A DNA stretch of 59,843 nucleotides, filler included, from Sphacelaria rigidula (taxonomy: Eukaryota): assembly GCA_964200075.2 (NCBI GenBank). It is 7 parts of 7 records of this genome, joined end to end, with 100 filler letters (N's around TTAATTAATTAA, not from the genome) between each part and the next. Parts side by side here need not be neighbours in the genome. Positions count along the whole stretch, not along the records: positions 1 to 8,464 come from CAXNAA020011050.1; positions 8,565 to 17,028 come from CAXNAA020011051.1; 5 more parts are not named here. The stretch is one strand, 5' to 3'. The stretch's first letter is position 1; each line of letters begins with the position of its first letter. Under the pieces are notes generated by a model. It made no database searches. It was not told the DNA's origin and worked only from the letters and a program-made list of their open reading frames with translations. The position numbers and the translations under genes are program-made. This document shows, piece after piece, positions 1-11,463 of the stretch.

Positions 1-109
1 TATGACTATGGCATGCACGATCATGTGTTCACCCCCGCACCCCCGCATCCCCCCCACGCGCACGCCGTTGTGTTTCCCCCCCCCCCTTTTTTTGCATTAT
101 TCATTATAG

Positions 110-186
110 GCTGCGGGTGGATACGTACAAGATAGCGTGCGTATGCTGAGCACGTTTCTACACGTGGCGTGCGATGACGATATTCG
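110..186 (+). CDS. Internal exon (1 of 4 visible) of an unidentified spliced gene; 5' part lies outside the contig
   Basis: Pyrimidine tract + TATAG acceptor at 108-109; encodes AAGGYVQDSVRMLSTFLHVACDDDIR; donor CG|GTAAGA at 187; phase 2 matches the next exon. Confidence 0.75.
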
Positions 187-364
187 GTAAGAGGCTAACC
201 CACACCCCGCTTCCCCCCCTCTCCCCCACTGGTCTGTCGCACCACATCTTGCCCTAATTATTTTTTTTTATCCATTTTTTGTTGGTATTCGACCATATTT
301 GCCTGCCTTCTCTGTTCCATCCCCTTTTCCGTCCCTTTGCCATTCTTCGTGTATCTTATTGCAG

Positions 365-548
365 CGTTGAAGAAATCGACGTGCCGAATCAAACAAATCC
401 GGAGCCGGGGAGCGACACGCACTCCCGCATCCTTGCGGTGTTTTCCTACGTGCTGCTCATGCTGTACCGCAGATCCAACCCAATGGCCGCGGCAAAGGCG
501 TCAAGTGGTGGAAAATCCCTCCCCAGCCTCGCCAGCCTGGCATCCATG
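365..548 (+). CDS. Internal exon 2 of the same gene
   Basis: TTGCAG acceptor 363-364; encodes VEEIDVPNQTNPEPGSDTHSRILAVFSYVLLMLYRRSNP...LASM; donor ATG|GTGAGA at 549; phase-consistent with exon 110-186. Confidence 0.8.
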
Positions 549-649
549 GTGAGAGGGGAAGCGTGCGAGAGACAGACAGGCAGACGGACAGAGAGGAACA
601 GACAGTAGTGATCACCAAACGGTCGATCAGAACCTTCCCGGTATTTTAT

Positions 650-860
650 CACTTGATTTGAGTGTAAACACCAATATTCGGATCTTGAGCGGGGCTGACA
701 GCCCCAACTGCCCCTCGCATGCGTAGAAAGCGTTTTCGTCAAGATGCCTGCGGCGCCGTTTTTAAGATCTGCCAGCGCCACACTTTGCCTAGGGATTGCT
801 TCACACCCCCCTCGCCCGAGGGTTCTCGGTGTGCCTTGGGTTGAGGTTAGGGTTAGCGTT
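650..860 (+). repeat. Copy of a dispersed hairpin element ending in telomeric-type repeats
   Basis: Aligns by eye with 22690-22916 and the reverse complement of 49370-49600; CCGAG-ggtt-CTCGG hairpin (816-829) followed by TTGAGG TTAGGG TTAGCG. Confidence 0.65.
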
Positions 861-1729
861 GTTTAAAAAAAGATGTTTCCGAGAAAATTCGTCATGTATC
901 AAGTGGTGAACTCACCTCGAAACAGAGGGAGGAAGCGAGGGAGAGGGGTGGGGAACGGAACAGGAAACACTCATTGTTTGCATTACTTACGACAGTCCTT
1001 ATTAACCCCAAAATGTTCCTCGTCCTCCCCATCTCCCATTGTTCGTAGCCCCAGCCCTCACGACGCTCAGTGGGTGTAGGTGGCCTTGATTTTGCGGAGT
1101 TTCGGACTAGTTGTTCTGACGGAAGGCACAGCGCCTAATTTCATGAAAAAAGCGAGTATCTCGCTTAGGCCTGCCGGGCAGTTGCTACTCATAAAAACTT
1201 CAGCCGTGTTGTGTAATAGTCGGTACAGTATAGTACGGTAACGTAGTACAGTTGTATAGTAGTAGCATAGCACCCCCCAGTCATTCTTGGGTAAAAGTGT
1301 GGAGACCGCTATGAGCGGTGATCCGTGTCTTGCGTGTAGTATGGCGTGGTGTACGAAGGTTTGACACCAGAAAATATAAAAACAAGAAAACTATGTTGGA
1401 TTTCAACACTGTTATGAGTCGATACCCACGTTGTAGTCGGGGTAAATGGATGTCCTGCAGTAGTGTGGATGGAGCACGCATCGACTGACTGTCGGGGAGA
1501 AAGCGACTCCCTCGTTGGGGACCAGGGAATTATCGAGGAGTTGGTTGTGGGAAATAATCCTCGTGAATATTGTCTAGGGGACCGGAATCACGGAACCCCA
1601 GGAAGGTCAAGAACCTGTTCTCCACTTTGTGCAAGTTTGTGAAAACAAATGAATATTCTCTCCCTGGTTCCCCTCCTCCCCTCCCCCCTCTCTTCCGCCT
1701 GCTGTGGCCGTCATTACTAACATGAAAAG

Positions 1730-1926
1730 GCTGACGAGGCCGACCTCCTGTTGAGCATGGTGGAAGATCCTGGATCTTTCGCGATTGTCGTCATGAAGAC
1801 GCTCCGGGGGTACTTTTTGCTGCTGAAGGGGAGAGACCAGGAGGTGCAGGAGGCGGTCGGGCTGCCGGTGGCGCGTGCGCTGGAGGCAGACTCCGGAGTT
1901 CTCAATTTTCCGCTCTGCTGGCACAT
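1730..1926 (+). CDS. Internal exon 3 of the same gene (not in the supplied ORF track)
   Basis: ACTAAC branch site 1716-1721, AAG acceptor 1728-1729; open frame ADEADLLLSMVEDPGSFAIVVMKTLRGYFLLLKGRDQEVQEAVGLPVARALEADSGVLNFPLCWH; donor AT|GTGAGT; supplies the phase 0 to phase 2 bridge needed between exons 2 and 4. Confidence 0.8.
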
Positions 1927-2412
1927 GTGAGTAGGGACAGTTGCAGTGCAGCTTCCACTGTGGGTCACTCGCCAACCGTGGTGACTGCAACGAGGTCCGA
2001 GACGCCCTGAGTCAAATTTTTGGAACCCCCGCAGGAAATAGGGCGGGGTAGAGTCCTCACAGGGGGGTGACCAAAGTATATGCGTAAAACACAGCAGAGC
2101 TTTGCAGTTGAAGTTTCAAGGGCTTTGACTAAGCGAGCGTGCAACAAAATACACCAAGGGCGAATCGCTCTGTTGACTCGTACTCATGGTCACTAATCGT
2201 CGAACCGCGATGTCAAGGGGGGACCAGAGAAATGTCAGACGTAACGGCAAACTGTGGCGTAGCACAAGCTCGTCTTGACAAGCTCCTCTGTTTTTGGACG
2301 GAATTTTCGACGGTTGATCACAACCCTCCTCGACATACGCAATACACGCCGTTCTTCGTGGGTACAAGAAATGGTTGACATGAGCACAAGAACAAAAACG
2401 GAAGAAAATACC

Positions 2413-2661
2413 CAGGGGTCTACACGTTACACGTTACACGCTACGTTCATCACGTTTGTGACATCTAACGTTCACATTACGTTTCGTTTGGCACGTTAAA
2501 AAATGTTGAAATTACGTTAACTTTCCATTTGAAAATTTAACGTTACGTTCACGTTACGTTCATCAGGTGAAGAAAAATTTACCGTTCACGTAACGTATCG
2601 GCCAGAACGTAACGTGAACGTATAGTGTAACGTTTTGGCACGTGTAATGTGTAGACCCCTG
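2413..2661. mobile_element. hAT-type MITE in an intron
   Basis: TIRs CAGGGGTCTACAC...GTGTAGACCCCTG; perfect 8-bp TSD AAAATACC (2405-2412 and 2662-2669); interior made of ACGTT/AACGT short repeats. Confidence 0.9.
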
Positions 2662-2827
2662 AAAATACCCCAATCCCTCGAACACAAGCGTGGCCAGTCC
2701 ATGAGCACGCTTCCGTCCGGTAATCCTCAAGAAATGCCTGAATTGTTGAAGACGCACATGAACCGCTCCCCATCATGTGCAACTGACTTCCACTCATTTT
2801 CTGACGTTCTTGAAACTGATTGCGCAG

Positions 2828-4223
2828 GTGCCAATGTGTAAGCGCATTCCTTCACCGGAGAGGCGTCCACGCAGCGGCGACGGGCATGGAGCGCATCATG
2901 GAACCCCTCCGGCAAACCCTCGTCTACTCCTCAACATGCTGCAGCGTCGCGCTAGATGTTTTTGACGTGTACGCTGGTAAAGGGACCAGCACGACGGGTT
3001 CCGGCATATTCCCGCAATCGTGCGGCGATAACGCCCGTGGCTCGAGCCCTGCCGGCGGCGGCGGCCGCGGCGGGAGTACACAATCACCAACGCGCAATCG
3101 TTCTCACACGATGCCGTCTGGCGGACCGTCGAGTCCCCGCGAGCCCCAATATAACTACAGTCGTCATGAGCAACAACCACATCAGCCGCCGCAACGGCAT
3201 CAGTACGACCCCTCGAATCCCGATATCTCTCCAACGTCACCAACTGCGGCGGGAATGCCTCCGGCTTCTGCTGGTGGAAGCGGGAGGGGTGCCGGCGGGA
3301 ACTCTCACTCGCCTGGATCGACGGCCTGTCATGCCGCCAAAAGCCCCCGAAAACACGAACATCAACAGGCGAGCACGTCGCACGGTACAGGCCCGGCGGG
3401 TGGCGAGCCGAACACAAGGCGGTCGCCCCACGGTGGCAGCGGCAGCGGTGGCGGCCATGCCGCCTCCGGGCGTGCGACTCGGGGCTCAGCTGTGGGCGTG
3501 TGGGAGAAGACGATGTACCCTCATCAAGAGGATGGAGAAGAACACGCAGCCGTACATGATTCCACCGGGGGTGGTGGCAGCGAGACCAACGCCCACCCCG
3601 ACACGAGCGTCATGTTCCGCGGACATAACCCATTCTTCATGGGAAATGGAACCCGCCGCGGCGGCGGCGGCGGCGGCGGCAACGGCGGCGACGGCGGAGA
3701 GCATGGGGATGGAGAAATGGTAGGAATGGGTGGAGGCTCTGGCTCATCCTCGGTCCCGTCGTTGTCATTGTCGGTAATGGGACTCGATGAAGTGAGCGGG
3801 GGCGGCGGCGGCGGCGGCGGCGGCGGCGGAGGTTCCTTGTCGCGAAATCACCACATGATGTTCGATCTCGGTCCTCAGCAATCGGCGTCGTTCCCGCTTG
3901 ACGGAGGTCGGAGGGGCGATCCGTTTTCTTCCAACGCCTTCAATTTGGCACCGGCGTTCAATAGCGGAGGAGGAGGGGCGGCGGCGGCGGCTGGTGTTGG
4001 GGAGAGCGGAGGTGGCGGCGGGCGCGGCGGCGGGGCGGGGCACGTTGGTGGTGAAGCAGGGACGAAAGTTGTGGCGGAGCACGGGCCAGAGTCTGTGACT
4101 TCTTCGCCTTTGGACGCGCGGTTGTCGTCCGAGGCGGGCACTCCTGCTCGACGAGCGGGTAATGGTGACGTAGATACGGATTCTGTGGATTCTGGGCTCA
4201 TGACGGGAATGCTGGACATGTGA
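2828..4223 (+). CDS. Terminal exon: short helical segment, then a long Gly/Ser/Pro-rich disordered tail; function unknown
   Basis: TGCGCAG acceptor 2826-2827; 465-codon open frame to TGA at 4221-4223 (ORF 2820..4223); followed by T-rich 3'UTR-like sequence. Confidence 0.8.
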
Positions 4224-6941
4224 TGACATCAGATCAGTGTTGTGGTGAGGGTGTGTGTTGACGTCAGATGTTGAGCACGATAAGAAAATCTGCTTTTTTT
4301 CCTTCCCTGTGCAGAGAAGAGGTAACTTGTTATTGTTGTGTTGTTGTCATTAGTTTTTGCTGCTGCAGATTTATTCGTCGTATTTTTTTTCCCGCTTCTT
4401 CTCCTCTCCGGAAAACGGGGGACGAGTGGGGAGGGATGTCATTTGTGTGACGATAGGGCATGTTTTATCGTGTTGATGTCTAGGCAGGGGGTGGTTGTCT
4501 TTTTTTTTTTTCTATGTGGATTGTTGGCGAAGGATGAGATTTTCTTATGTCGATTGTAATAGCTTCACGTATTTTGTTTCGTTCCTCTCTTGATGAAAGT
4601 AGATAGATGCTGTGCTTGTTCTCCTCGGGTGGCCGTGTCGTTGTAATGTACTATTGGCTTGTTGTGAGTAAACGGTCAGGGAGGTCGATCGGTGTCGCCC
4701 GGCCCAGGAAGTTCCGTTTGCCGCATTCTAGATAGAGTATGCTCGGAGCGCTGAAATTACCCCGTGCGCAGGTGGCGGCTACTGGTGTTTCTGTGCTCGA
4801 GCGCGGTGAGACAAATGGTATGTACTGGCTGTTAGCGGTGTGTACCCGTTCCCCATCATCGACTGCTGACGAGATAGCCCTCCCCCCCCTCGAACCGGCC
4901 ATAAAACTGCACGGAGGCGATGATCATAAATGCCGTTGAAACTGGTTTCGTCCCGCACGACGCGACTCATTTGGGCGTTATAGCTTATTTTGGACTGCTT
5001 CACGCCCCTCATGTGGGCGAAGTTGCTGCAAGCCAGCCCAATAGTGGGATTGCAGCCGGTTTGTCGGACGGTCTCCGTTGCACGTTGTGTGTGTGGGGGG
5101 GTATCTCGGCATTAGCCCATCAAATTGTCGGTTGCGCTGTAGACACCAGGGGAGCGGGAGAGCAGGGATCCTCGTTGCTTTTTCTTGTCATTTGAATCTC
5201 GAAAAATTTACCCCTCTTTACCGTTGATGTTCCACCGTTGTTGTATTTTTCTACTGTTCATATATGTACAAAATACACGTTTCTCTTGTCGCCGGTAATA
5301 GTAATGCCACCATGTACATGCGCAATTGGGAATTAGGATCTTTACGTATAGTGCAGTGCATTGCGGTGCAGGGCAATAGCTTTCTTCTTGTATACGTCGA
5401 GTTTCATGGAGTTGTCTTAACATACGTTTTATGATACTTTTGAAGATTTGTGGAAGGTACGACCATTTTTTTGGTCGGAGGAAACAGTGACTGCTGTGAG
5501 GTAGGTCCAACGTACGTGCTTCTCGAAGAGAGGAGCCAGGTGAGAATAGACGACGTGCTTCCCGGCATGTGAGATGATGATACTATTTTCCGCTAACGTG
5601 AATTGTTAGAAATGGGGAAGGGGGACGAAAAAAGCCGATGAAGGTTTACCATTTTGCATGGGAGAAGGTCGAGGGCTGTCTGCAAGTGCGTTGGATTGAC
5701 TTCATCTTTCCATGTTCCATTGCGGTCTGCTCACGGGTTGATGTTGCTTATTTTGTCACGCGGCTGTGACACAGTCCCGAACTGCTAGGTTTTTGTTGTC
5801 ACTGCTTCCATTACGTAGCCCCTTTTACGGTAATATCTGTTCGCGTTTACTCTTTCTGTGAGCGTTCCTTGTTTGTGCGGGCGGTGTTTGCAGGAGTGCC
5901 CCTTTGTTATATTTTTTCTTTCTCTCTGCGCCAATTGATCTGGGATATATCATTATCTTGAAAGGTAGCTTGAACTTGACGTGAAATGAAATTAATGGCG
6001 TCGCTGCAATCATGTCTTTCTGGGAGCAGAAGGAGGAGCGAATCGCCATGTGTGAGGTTGTTGTCTCTCATCATGACAAAATCTTTTCGCCAGAGGAAGT
6101 GTCTGCCATTTGACTAAGGGTGAGATCCCAAGGAATCGGATATTTTTGTCCGTTTTTTCTCTGTCGAGTGGTGTTCCTCGGGGAATACGTAGCCGAGCCA
6201 GTCGACGAGAGGTTCGAATGAAAGCTGTTGGCCGTGGAATGAATCCAATGTGTACATGTTTTTGCATTAGTGACGTCAAATAGCAGAAATCTGAAACTCC
6301 AACTTTAAATAAATGGTCCGTTTGATGCCCACAGCAGTTTTACCGCTGGAATGCCCCTCCAGGCCTTATGCGAGGCCTTGAACGCATTGTGTCCCTACGG
6401 GTAGAGCGTCCCTACTGGTAGGACCGCCATGAACAGGCTTCATTCTTCATACTTGTTAACCCAATTTCATACATCTTCATTCATTTCAAACGTCGTTTAA
6501 AATGGATGAAAAAGTACGAAATTATGCATGGAAACGGATGAAAAATATGAAAAACGAACGAAGTCCGTTAAAAAGCGGTCTTTATTATCGTCAACACAAG
6601 CCGAACAGGATGCGTACAGCATGGACCGGTTTGCGAAACGGATGTTCCAGGAAATCGGCGGGGCGTTTACAACGATTACAAACGGCGACAACGCGTGCGG
6701 TCACAACCCGACTCACACTGTACGCACGTTTGCCAACCCATCCGTGAAGCGTCACAACCTAGGGACGCTTCGGCATGCGGATAACAACGCGTACGGCCAG
6801 CGGCCACCCGTGAGTGCATGGATTCTAGAGCGCCAACACATACATACATGCCGTTTGCATCGCTTTCTCTGGGCTCTTGATTACATAATGGTTGAATGAT
6901 CAATTGAATGGACGCGTCGGACAAATCACAATCCATCCGTC

Positions 6942-7302
6942 TGTGTCTTGTTTTGTGTTCTCGTCCCATCTATTATGGACGCGGATCTACACCTTCCGGT
7001 ATATGTAGGCGCATCAGCCGGGGTCACACAGGAGGGAGGTCAACACAGGAGCTTTTTCTTTTTCATTTATTTTTTAGTACCCCACCTTCCTTGTGCTGTG
7101 CTTGCTTTTATTTTTTATCGCGAAGGGGGTCCAGCAGCCCCTTTCCCTCGTCGACCGTTTTATGTCGAATTTTGTGTACCCACGACGCAGTCGCTCTCCA
7201 CGGTTGGGCGTGGGGTGAGAAAAAATCGCAGATCGCTCCGAGAACTGAACCCCCGACACAATCGTCAGAAGGTTTTGAAACTGAGCCACCGGGGCGACCG
7301 GC
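6942..7302 (-). mobile_element. Putative tRNA-derived SINE, full-length copy
   Basis: Minus strand starts GCCGGTCGCCCCGGTGGCTCAGTT (A-box-like), B-box-like GGTTCAGTTC, ends in a CA-rich tail; homologous copies at 15161, 38095 and 42443. Confidence 0.7.
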
Positions 7303-8464
7303 GCCAGAAATAAGTAATCGAAGAAGACTCTCGGATTTGTTGGCCCGAAAACAAGAAGTATGCGAGCTTTGCGCTACTTGGCGTGCTCGGCGTCCGGCCC
7401 TAAAGAGAGAGCAAACATGGGAGAGGAGGGCTGAATGATCGGGATCATGATCCGGCTCAACACACTGAGAGGAAGTAATTTTCAGCTGGATCATGATCTG
7501 TCCGACATGTGATTGATTTTGGTACGTCAATTGATCCCCCAGGGATTCAGCCGTGCCGTGGTCATTATCTACATAGATAGTTGACGTACCCGAGACAAAC
7601 ACAAAACGGAAATATTCGCTGAAGGAAAGTAAACAACACGTACATAGACGTAGAGTACACGAAAAAGAAATGAGAAAAGAGGGGGGGCATGGCTACGAAA
7701 CTATCACCTCTCACAAAGTTCCACTATTCCATCTACACACACTTTTTCGAGTTTTTCCCGATGTGCAGGTAAGATTTTCAGCTGCAGCAATAATATTATA
7801 TAGCAAATAATTGTGCGCCGGTTCGCTGCGTACTTGAAACCATTCCTACTTGTGGTGTTTTTTTGGGGGGGGAAATGAGGTTGTTTCGGTAGCCACAAGC
7901 TGGGCCGGCCGAGCGTCGGTGGATTCGCCAATATCGCTATACGCAGCCCATTTCTTCGTTTCTTCGAGTTGGGACCCCAACATTTGGCCAGCCATTTGCA
8001 AGATACGAACTGACCGACAAAATATTCCGACTGATAGCCCCCCCCCCCCCCCTTTTCATTCTTCTTTTTTTTTGTTTTTTTACTTCTACATTGGTCTTTT
8101 TTCATCTTCTNNNNNNNNNNATATTCCGACTGATAGCCCCCCCCCCCCCCCCCTTGCGGTGCTCCGTCTGCTCCGTCTCGAAAGGGATGCGTGGTCAATG
8201 GTCAAACGACTAAGGCAAGCAACAGATGAGTACGCCCCCCCTCATTTTCCGCCAAGTTGCACGACCGGGGTTGCTTGTCCAATCGGCTTGGTCGTCTCGG
8301 CGAAAATACAAGAACGAGGGTCAGTCGGTCGGAATGTGCCGACGAGTACCTTGCAAACCACGGGGAAAATAAATCAGGTCTGAGTCATGCTACGATAAGG
8401 GGGTGGGGTGGGGGGTGTACTCATGATCATGCATGCCATAGTCATCAGACCAATGACCTCGCAT

Positions 8465-8564
8465 NNNNNNNNNNNNNNNNNNNNNNNNNNNNNNNNNNNN
8501 NNNNNNNNTTAATTAATTAANNNNNNNNNNNNNNNNNNNNNNNNNNNNNNNNNNNNNNNNNNNN
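8465..8564. other. Artificial contig linker
   Basis: N44-TTAATTAATTAA-N44 (stops in all six frames). Confidence 0.98.
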
Positions 8565-9644
8565 GAAAAGACCCTCCCCACGCCGTACCGACAAGACCGG
8601 TCATGGCCTTCGTCGGAGGACGGGGAACGGAGGAGAGGTTGGCCTTGCTTTTTTCGAGGGTTTGGAATGGTTACCGTGATGAAGCACACAATACCTTGAT
8701 GAGGAGGATTTGAGCCCGCTGGATCATCTCCATGCACACATCCGTGTCACGGTTGGTACAATTAGTACTGCACAGGCTGGTGCATGGAGCAATTCCGCGC
8801 GATATGGAGATTTTGCGAGTGCGGCCACTGTGCTGACTTGGCGTTTGGTAGATGAAGCTGCAAGCGCTGTGGGATACAAATGCCCCGAAGACTCCAACCT
8901 GCCCGCTCAACCATGAAAGCTCGTATAGATTCTATACGAGTTCGTTGAACTCTGAAAAATTGCATGCGTATACGATGAGACGTCACGAAACTTTTCGTAA
9001 ATGTCTTTTTTTTCCCCCGCCAATTATCGGGGGTTCCAGGAGGGCATTTGATTCCCCAGGACCGTGGGACCTCCGATAACTGGCGAAAACATACATATCT
9101 CAAGACCTCATCCATAGAAGTTATATTTTGTGTCCCACAGTATGTATGTGGCAACTTTTCAGAGTTCAAGTACTATATGTGACGGCGAATGGCCGAGATA
9201 TCGGTGCCAACTACCGCGACGTCCAATGCGTCAAGCTGTATCAATCCCCCATTCACATTCCTGGTTTTCAAATGAATCGGCGTGAAGTTTCAAGGGTGGA
9301 CTCGTATCGAAACATCTTAGGTCGCTGGAAGAGGGTCCAAAACATATTTATCCCGAGATATCTTCTCGTCAGTAGTTTGGAGTTCAAAATCCGGATTCAC
9401 TGCCACAATTTTTACCCGTCTGTGAGTAGTCTCCGATGGTGATCTCCGAATGTTCATGGACTTTTCTCTCAACATTTCAGGCCATGAAGCTTAACCCTTG
9501 AAGCGCCCGCGATCAACTGTTTCGAGAACCCGGCAGTTGACAGTACCGCTGTTTTGTTTTTCTTTAATGGAAGGACACATGACCGCCCGCAGGCCGGGTG
9601 GGTACTGAAGCAAATTTCTGGAATTTCCAAGTGTAACATGGTTG

Positions 9645-9960
9645 ATGTACTCATGAGCGTGCATCCCGTGGTCATATGACCATTGACCTCGCATCCCTAC
9701 AAAGCCAGGCCGGAGCACGCCGGGTTCTCGCAGGACCAGGCTCGCAATCGATCACCAAGCGCGAAGCGCCGTGATGTGTTCGACGAATCGCATGAAAGGT
9801 GAGCTGCACCCTGCTAAGATTGTTTGGCCCGAAGCCAACTGATGAACACGCATATTGATGACAGTCTGCAATGAGTTGCTTCATTTTCTGCTGTAGCCAC
9901 TTCCAGAGATGGCCATGGGCTACACACTGCCTTCTGATCGTCTCACCATACTGCATGGTT
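9645..9960. repeat. About 310-bp copy of the GTACTCATGA(T)CATGCAT dispersed repeat family
   Basis: Aligns with 46065-46380 (same strand) and 16325-16530 (inverted); the terminal motif recurs at 1-40, 8400-8464, 14620-14680 and 51240-51280. Confidence 0.8.
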
Positions 9961-10799
9961 GATGGGGGGCGCGAGGGGGATCGCTTGCCTACATGTTGAA
10001 ATTCCAGAAGCTGACTGAGACCGATCCCCTCTCTCCAACTCTCAACAGCACAAGCTCCCGCTTGGGCAGCAGAGGCTTGTGAGGCAGATAAGCTCGCCGC
10101 CGTGGTTCAACGCGCTTCGCTTGCGCATGTGTCCGTGTTTGCACGTCCTGCTCGTGTGGCTGGGATTGATATGGAGCTACTTTTCTGGAACCCTGAGACA
10201 TGAAATCCTCAGTCACACGATCGAAACACCGCCCAGCCATGTTTGCAGGCGCCGCCCAGAGCACCCGCGCACGCACACTACCCAAAATACGCTACGCCAT
10301 TCCGCTGCTTTGGCAATCACGCTGTATGTTGACCACGTATATGTACTGCATGTGCTATCGGTTGACGCAATTACCGCTGCTGCGCCGTTGAAACGTTCAC
10401 TATTGTCCCGAGACGGCAACGCGCCGCTGCTGGTCGTGGCTCATGCACGAAGGGGTTTGACTCGCGTGTCTTTTGCGTGGCAACGCACGTGCACAATGAA
10501 CGGCCTGGTGGGGGGCAACCAACCCTGCTTACATCGAGGCGTTGTCTCTTCCGCCGCAATAATTGCGCACTATTTTGACCTCCCGGCGAATGATAAATAT
10601 GAAAAATGGGATACTCTTGTACCGCATTTGCGCCTTGAGGACTCAAGACGGTAGTAGACGAAACGATTTTGTACTTCTTACGTACGTCCAACTGCAATAT
10701 AAGACCCGTTTTTTTCCGTCGCTCTCTCTTTTTTTCTTTATTTTCTCTGAACGGTAGACGGGCCAATACGAGCATCGGGTGTTGCTCATCCTTCAATAA

Positions 10800-11463
10800 T
10801 CTTCATGCAACATTGGAGGGTGAAGAGCCAAAGACTCGGGCATAGAAGGTAGCAATACTACTCTTGTATCAGAATGGCGCGCGAGACTGCAGCCGGCAGC
10901 CTTTGTGAGTGCCGTGAGGTCGGTTGGAAGTAGTAAACAACCCGGACGCCCGAACAGTGTGTGCGGCGAACTCCAGGACACTCGTAAGGTTGCAAGGAGT
11001 TCCACTCGTGGGGTATGTCTTGTTACAGGGGATCACGATATCTCGCCTGTCGAACGTTTCTTGGTGTTACTTGGTTGTCCCAGCTCGTAGCACTGTACCG
11101 TCTGTAACAGCTAGCTGCGGTATGTTTGACGTCAGGCGCTCTTGATATATCCTGTTGCCGAAGAACTTGGATGTCTCCGAAACTAATTTGCTTTGTCTCG
11201 ATGGGCTTTGTCCTTGGGCTTTTTTTTTTTTAGATCGGCCATTTTTTTTTCTGTGCTTTGCTTTTGTTGAATTTTTGTCGTTATTTTTACGTCTTAGTCT
11301 ACTATGTCGTTCTGTTCGACTTTTTCTGCTATTTCTTTTTCTTCAGCGAGTCTTTCAGTTTTGTTTTTCTTGCGTACGTCCATCATGTGATCACGGCTGG
11401 ATCGTGACTGGGGTATCACTTGAAGTGCGACAATCAATCAACAAAATAAATCAATCAATCAAT
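10800..11463 (+). mobile_element. Possible 3' end of a non-LTR retroelement with a (TCAA)n tail
   Basis: Degenerate coding-like sequence, T-rich tract, then AATCAATCAACAAAATAAATCAATCAATCAAT; start boundary approximate; no RT motif recognised. Confidence 0.35.

Noticed and set aside
2956..3723. Alternative-frame and antisense ORFs over the terminal exon
   Set aside because: By-products of GC-rich, low-complexity coding sequence; only the 2820..4223 frame fits the splice phases
8022..8153. Direct repeat ATATTCCGACTGATAGCCCC flanking a 10-N gap
   Set aside because: May be an overlap duplicated at a scaffold gap; cannot be trusted as a real tandem repeat
8509..8520. Palindromic TTAATTAATTAA recurring every about 8.56 kb
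   Set aside because: Embedded in fixed N44 blocks; an assembly spacer, not biology. ORFs ending in ...XXXLIN are artefacts of it
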